From Octopus bimaculoides (Eukaryota), in the NCBI RefSeq assembly GCF_001194135.2, contig NC_068989.1, positions 76,278,552 to 76,333,440 of the forward strand: a DNA stretch of 54,889 bases. Direction: 5' to 3'. This document shows, one piece after another, positions 49,395 through 54,889 of the stretch (position 1 is its first letter; each line of letters begins with the position of its first letter). The translations under genes and the position numbers were made by a program. The notes under the pieces were generated by a model, which saw only the letters and a list, made by a program, of their open reading frames with translations, had not been told where the DNA came from and did not search any database.

Positions 49395-50113
49395 NNNNNN
49401 NNNNNNNNNNNNNNNNNNNNNNNNNNNNNNNNNNNNNNNNNNNNNNNNNNNNNNNNNNNNNNNNNNNNNNNNNNNNNNNNNNNNNNNNNNNNNNNNNNNN
49501 NNNNNNNNNNNNNNNNNNNNNNNNNNNNNNNNNNNNNNNNNNNNNNNNNNNNNNNNNNNNNNNNNNNNNNNNNNNNNNNNNNNNNNNNNNNNNNNNNNNN
49601 NNNNNNNNNNNNNNNNNNNNNNNNNNNNNNNNNNNNNNNNNNNNNNNNNNNNNNNNNNNNNNNNNNNNNNNNNNNNNNNNNNNNNNNNNNNNNNNNNNNN
49701 NNNNNNNNNNNNNNNNNNNNNNNNNNNNNNNNNNNNNNNNNNNNNNNNNNNNNNNNNNNNNNNNNNNNNNNNNNNNNNNNNNNNNNNNNNNNNNNNNNNN
49801 NNNNNNNNNNNNNNNNNNNNNNNNNNNNNNNNNNNNNNNNNNNNNNNNNNNNNNNNNNNNNNNNNNNNNNNNNNNNNNNNNNNNNNNNNNNNNNNNNNNN
49901 NNNNNNNNNNNNNNNNNNNNNNNNNNNNNNNNNNNNNNNNNNNNNNNNNNNNNNNNNNATATATATATATATATATATATGAGTTCAGCAAACATTTAGA
50001 TTCGGGTGAATATGGTACTTAAGTTGAGACACCAGAATTTAGTACGGTATTATCCATAAATTTCAAAGTAAAGTGATTAAAATCAAGATAAACAACAAGG
50101 ATATCCAGAGGTA

Positions 50114-50202
50114 ATGCAGTACGATCGTTTCATGCGACACCATTTAATTGAACAATGTAATCATTGCATCAATTTAAACTGCAGAGCAATTCTCAGCTGC
50201 AT
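50114..50202 (-). ncRNA. Type I hammerhead, one core change
   Basis: atgcag-CTGAGAA-ttgc...gcat-GAAA-cgatcg-TA-ctgcat. Perfect 6-bp helix I, palindromic helix III ACGAUCGU; helix II closing pair is imperfect. Confidence 0.72.
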
Positions 50203-50810
50203 AAAGACATAGAATTTAATTAAATTAGAACAGATGGACTCATTAGTATAATTATACCAAAAATCTCCAAGAAGTTAAGGAGATAAGACAAAGAACATGT
50301 TGCTTCTACTACAACATAGAAATTAATAAATAAAATGTCAAGAAGACTCTGCCTGTGATTGATTTTTTTTTTTTAGTTTTAATTTATAGACTAGTTTATC
50401 AAATTTTGCATATCTAAGGCTTGAGAGAATAAAGGACATTATCAATTAGGGGTAGGCGTGAGAGAGCAGGCAGAAATCATAGTTGGTATAGTCATAAAAT
50501 CATGAGGTTTGGTAAAGGAAAACTTAAAACAAGATGCTGGCTGACAACTAAGGGGGTCTCCTTAGTGGGCGACTCCTAATATAAACTTGTGTTTATTCTT
50601 ATTTCTCCTACATCTGCTCTGTAATTCATAGCTGGTAGCACTACACCTTATAGAAGTTGGAGAACCGATTATAGCAGTGACTCGATCAATTCCTAGCAAT
50701 ATCTAAAGAAGGAATTTTTATATTCCGAAATATTATATCAGGCTATAAATAATTAAATTATAACAGTTATTATAGTCCACTCTGCATTGTTGTGCCATTC
50801 AAGACACGTT

Positions 50811-50849
<39 letters not shown>

Positions 50850-50856
<7 letters not shown>

Positions 50857-51727
50857 TATGCATATATCCATACATATATGTACATACCTACATATATATG
50901 TATATATACATGCATATATGGGTACAGGACATCAAAAACTGTTGAACACAATGAAAAACGAAAACATAAAAACAAAACATAGAAAACGAACTTCTTTGCG
51001 AACAACGGAAAAACCCCCCCAGAGAAACGAGACATGCAACATAAAGAGTATACCCCTTCGTCAGTTGCCCCTGTTTTAACTACTNNNNNNNNNNGCGACT
51101 TCGTTGAAACAGTCCTTCCCGCAAAGCAAATTAAATAAAATTTGGGATTTTTGCGGAGGGTGAATGTGTTACCAAGAACAGGACAGTGAGAACAAGGCAG
51201 TAAAAACAAACGGTGAGGGTTGTTGAGCCAAGCCGAGAGAAAAATTATTATGAACGCTAGGTAGACGAGCCATGAGAGAAGAGACAGGAAAAGGCACGTC
51301 TTTTCTTTAGGAAGGCAGTGGACAGAAAGAGAGATCTCCTTTCGTCAAGTGTCAGCGACGAGAGGGTCAAGGAGGAAGAGTGAGAGAGAGAGGGAACGGT
51401 GAAAGGGAGAGTAGAATAGAGAAAGGGTGGGAGAGAAAGACAAAGAATGAAGAACAAGAGAGGGAGAGAGATAGACAGAGAAGAGATAGTAGAAGAGTGT
51501 GCATCGTAATTATTAAGATAAAACTTACTTGAAGGCAATGCGTGGCGTTCGATCATATAATAATAAAAATAATATATAAATATATGCATATATCCATACA
51601 TATATGTACATACCTACATATATATGTATATATACTTGCATATATGGGTACAGGGCATCAAAAAAGACGTTGAACACAACTAGAAACGAAAACATAAATA
51701 CAAAACATAGAAAACGAACTTCTTTGC
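50850..51727. mobile_element. Element bounded by about 150-bp direct repeats (pseudo-LTR-like)
   Basis: 50850-50999 matches 51576-51727 (ATAAATATATGCATATATCC...GAAAACGAACTTCTTTGC). Confidence 0.7.
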
Positions 51728-51882
51728 CCATTTGAAAATGCATAACTGAGACAACTCTGCTACATAAATGAATGAAGTAAATAGACACAGTGTTTGAAAG
51801 TTAATACGATAGTTAAAGATGGGATGAGTTGAAAGAGATTTAACAATGATTTTTTTATATTGGACTTCTAGACCAAATATTG

Positions 51883-52097
51883 ATTTCAAATTTTGGTACC
51901 AGGCCAGCAATTTCCGGGGAGGGGTAAGTCGATTATATTGACCCCCAGTGCTTTCTACTGATACTTACTTTATCGACTCAAGAAGATGAGAGGCTAAGTC
52001 AAACTTGGTGGAATTTGAACTTGGAACGTAAAAAACAAACGACAAGTCGCTTAACACTTTGCCTGGCATGCTAACGATTTCGCTTGCTCGCCACCTT
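51883..52097 (-). mobile_element. Family B SINE
   Basis: Reverse complement gives the AAGGTGGCGAGC head and the AAATTGCTGGCC..CAAAATTTGAAATC tail. Confidence 0.78.
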
Positions 52098-52225
52098 GTT
52101 CTAAACAAAAGAAAATATTAAGTAACAAGTATAAATGATTGATATATCTTGTGAATACAGGAGCCAATGATTTTTCGTTAAACCTCATGTATAATATGTT
52201 TCTTTATTCCACAACCAGAATTATG

Positions 52226-52284
<59 letters not shown>
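52226..52284. repeat. (CAT)n microsatellite followed by GAC/GAT repeats
   Basis: Direct reading; explains the poly-His and poly-Met pseudo-ORFs. Confidence 0.95.
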
Positions 52285-52718
52285 AGCGACGACGGCGACG
52301 ATGAGAACGAGGAGGAGATGGACGACGACGACGATGATGATGACGATGACGATGATGTTGCAGCAGGCTGAATACCATGGATTACTCAAATGTTATCCAT
52401 GGTTAAATGTAGGTGTGTCCGTGTAGGGGGTATCATTCCCATCCGTGATAGCACAAATTCGAAATAAATACCGCAAAATATTTCGTGTGATACTCCAAAA
52501 GCTTCTCTCAATCAGTTGTTTTAGACACAGCACAATAGCAATGACATAATACGCACTACTGTCCTTTTCTCTGGTGGTTAAATATCGCCCCTGGCGTGAC
52601 TCTCCGTAGTGTATGTGAAAAGTTACAGTATCATCAGTGAATGTGGAAGGCCGTTTTCATTGACATGTATATTCGGCACCTCACTCTTGCCTATCAACAT
52701 ACGAGAGATCGTCGAGAG

Positions 52719-52784
<66 letters not shown>

Positions 52785-52796
52785 NNNNNNNNNNTA

Positions 52797-52830
<34 letters not shown>

Positions 52831-53291
52831 CACATGCATAAATACAGCTGATATAACCTCAATCATAAAGTAAGACTACAGTTCCTGGATGCTTGATCCA
52901 GTAATTCGTACGTATCCTTTAAAATTTTTAAGGAGAGAATACACGTTGCGTCATCCCTCTCCTTATACACTCAGATATATGTAAAGAAAACTGGCCCCTC
53001 CATTGCTTGATATCTTGATAGGTATAATTTTTGTCCTAAGTCAAAGCAATTCATTGTAAATTATTGTTGCTGGTTAGTCTCAAGTCAGCTGTAATCGATT
53101 AGACCAATATCCAAGAACTACTTCCTCCTCTTGCAAACAGTAGGTTGCGATTTAAGGGAGGTATTTGATTACTATTTCTAGCAGGTCGAGGCATAGTGTC
53201 GATGCTCCCTCGCCGGCTTGTATTTGAAGACATTTATCGCAAGTGTGTGAGGTAAATATGAATATATTAACACATGTATCCTTCATTATAG

Positions 53292-53448
53292 GATTACCTT
53301 ATATGGACAGATTACACAACCTCAAGGAACGGTATTCATGTAGCACGGCTCGATAATCTGGATAAAGTTCGCGACATAGTGCATCCTGAGTTTGGTAGAG
53401 CTCGTGACCTCCTGACCTTTGATGCTTCAAACCAGCCAGACTTTGAAA
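53292..53448 (+). CDS. LRP-like gene exon I (last blade of propeller 2)
   Basis: cattatAG at 53290-91, probable donor GTaggt at 53449. DYLIWTDYTTSRNGIHVARLDNLDKVRDIVHPEFGRARDLLTFDASNQPDFE. Phase 0 to 1, as expected before an EGF exon. Confidence 0.85.
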
Positions 53449-53641
53449 GTAGGTAGTATATGTTTGTTCTTGTGGTTCCTATTTGCTATTTAGTAAATGT
53501 CAGGAAAGAGGAATAACCGTGGTGGCGATGAGTTTTCAAAGAACTACTTTGGAATTGGTCTAATTTGAACTTTTAAAGATTTTCCTTTCATAGCCTTTAA
53601 GAAAGGTTTATTTCTTATTTCTAAATTTGTATACACTATGT

Positions 53642-53781
53642 ATACACTAGTGTACTTCGTAAGAATATTTATACACTAGTGTACTTCGTAAGAATATGTA
53701 TACACTAGTGTACTTCGTAAGAATATGTATACACTAGTGTACTTCGTAAGAATATGTATACACTAGTGTACTTCGTAAGAA
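53642..53781. repeat. 29-bp minisatellite, about 5 copies
   Basis: Unit ATACACTAGTGTACTTCGTAAGAATATGT, starts at 53642, 53671, 53700, 53729, 53758. Confidence 0.95.
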
Positions 53782-54889
53782 GACAAGTGGTTTTACTCCA
53801 CTGAAGCAGTTGCTGCACATTAAGGGCAAAATCAAAGGGATACAACAGTTTCAGAGTTTTTCAACTTATACCAGTATGAGCCCTTTCAAGAACATTAGTT
53901 TACTATCACAATCCACCTGATTATAGATAGAAGGAAGCAATGAAGTCGAAAATATATGGTGCTTCTCTTGATGGTCAGATTGACCTAAGTATTGAAAGTG
54001 CCAATGGAAAGATGTATTCTGTACATGCCAGTCAACATGAATGCCTCATTTTACGTCTCCTCTCCATAATGTACGAGTTTCAAGTTCAATTCAAGACCTT
54101 GAAAACTCAATGGCATTGATTATTAACTTCTCTAGAAAAACGTGATTTATACATATGATACAATTTGGCTTCGATGCAGTTCCAACCAGGAAAATTGCAT
54201 CATCAGTAATGAAGCTTTCTGGTGCTTTTCTGACTTCCGTTTACAGGAAAAAACTCCAGCATTAAAAAGATTGCAATCGTTTGGAAAATGACCCATGGGT
54301 TTATTTTGCTCAAGTAAACCCCTCTGGAGAATGATGCCCAGTGGGATGCAACAGTCTGAAGATTTTGTAACTCAAAAGGACAAGGGTTTTAGAGCTCTTT
54401 TCGCTAACCTGTTACAATGTTATGAAACGTCCAAATGTGCCTCCATTTTCGCTCTTTTAAAAATTATTAGTGGAATAGCTACGTCCATAGGTTTTACAGA
54501 TCGTAAGAGACTGGTGAAATCAATACGGTTGTTATAAAATTGGTCCATGTGGACCAACGCAAAGAAAACTTGAGCAAGGAAGAGAATTATGAAGAACTAG
54601 CCATCTTAAAATAGAAGATTGGATAAAAGGCAAGTAGGACACAATATGGGTGATGAGAGACGAAGAAAAGAGTGGATATGAGTGAATGCTGCATTAATTC
54701 AGGCAGCTCCGAGTGGGAGAACCAGCCACTGTGAAGCCGGTTGAAGAGATAAAAGATAACAGGGTGGAAGATGGTGTTAGTAGATTGATAGACTACTATA
54801 CAATCCTCTACATATATGGCCTCTGATTAATCTATGGCTTTTTGAGAAATTTTATGTGCGTATGTTGCTGTGGTATATATATATATATA

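Noticed and set aside
1161-50022. Long ORF-track entries running through N gaps or TA/CA/TTA/CAT microsatellites
   Set aside because: Artefacts of unknown bases and low-complexity repeats (YIYI, THTH, poly-L/I/H/M); no domain content.
5146-53781. 29-30 bp arrays as CRISPR arrays
   Set aside because: Units are directly adjacent with no unique spacers, there are no cas genes, and the DNA is eukaryotic.
54130-54420. Isolated CUGANGA matches (54199-54205 minus, 54356-54362 plus)
   Set aside because: Helix I and GAAA requirements are not met; consistent with chance.

Overview
AT-rich, microsatellite-rich eukaryotic genomic DNA with many N gaps. The repeat families suggest an octopus; this is inferred from repeat style, not proven. 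The only host gene I can support is a plus-strand, intron-rich LDL-receptor-related (LRP-like) gene. Nine exons from 25013 to 53448 join with consistent splice phases into about 600 aa of YWTD beta-propeller - EGF - YWTD beta-propeller; its 5' and 3' ends are not visible. The rest is mostly mobile DNA: decayed CR1-like, Tx1/L1-like, Penelope (RT + GIY-YIG) and R4/Dong-like retroelements, several tRNA-derived SINE families (three copies with clear TSDs), mariner/Tc1, hAT and Helentron-like remnants, fold-back elements and three 29-30 bp minisatellites. The most striking unexplained signal is a set of type I hammerhead ribozyme motifs. Three keep the full catalytic core (37263-37339 minus, 37938-37983 plus, 45321-45362 plus), two are one core change away (13261-13389 minus, 50114-50202 minus), and several are decayed relics. 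Several sit in or beside fold-back or partially duplicated elements, one lies behind a tRNA-derived Pol III head, and a Penelope element lies nearby. This suggests a Penelope-mobilised, retrozyme-like system. Other oddities: a 101-bp near-identical insertion apparently copied from 3.7 kb away into the Tx1 element, a minisatellite born inside it, and SINE microsatellite tails forming the 3' splice sites of two exons. All structures were identified by eye; no database searches or folding programs were run.
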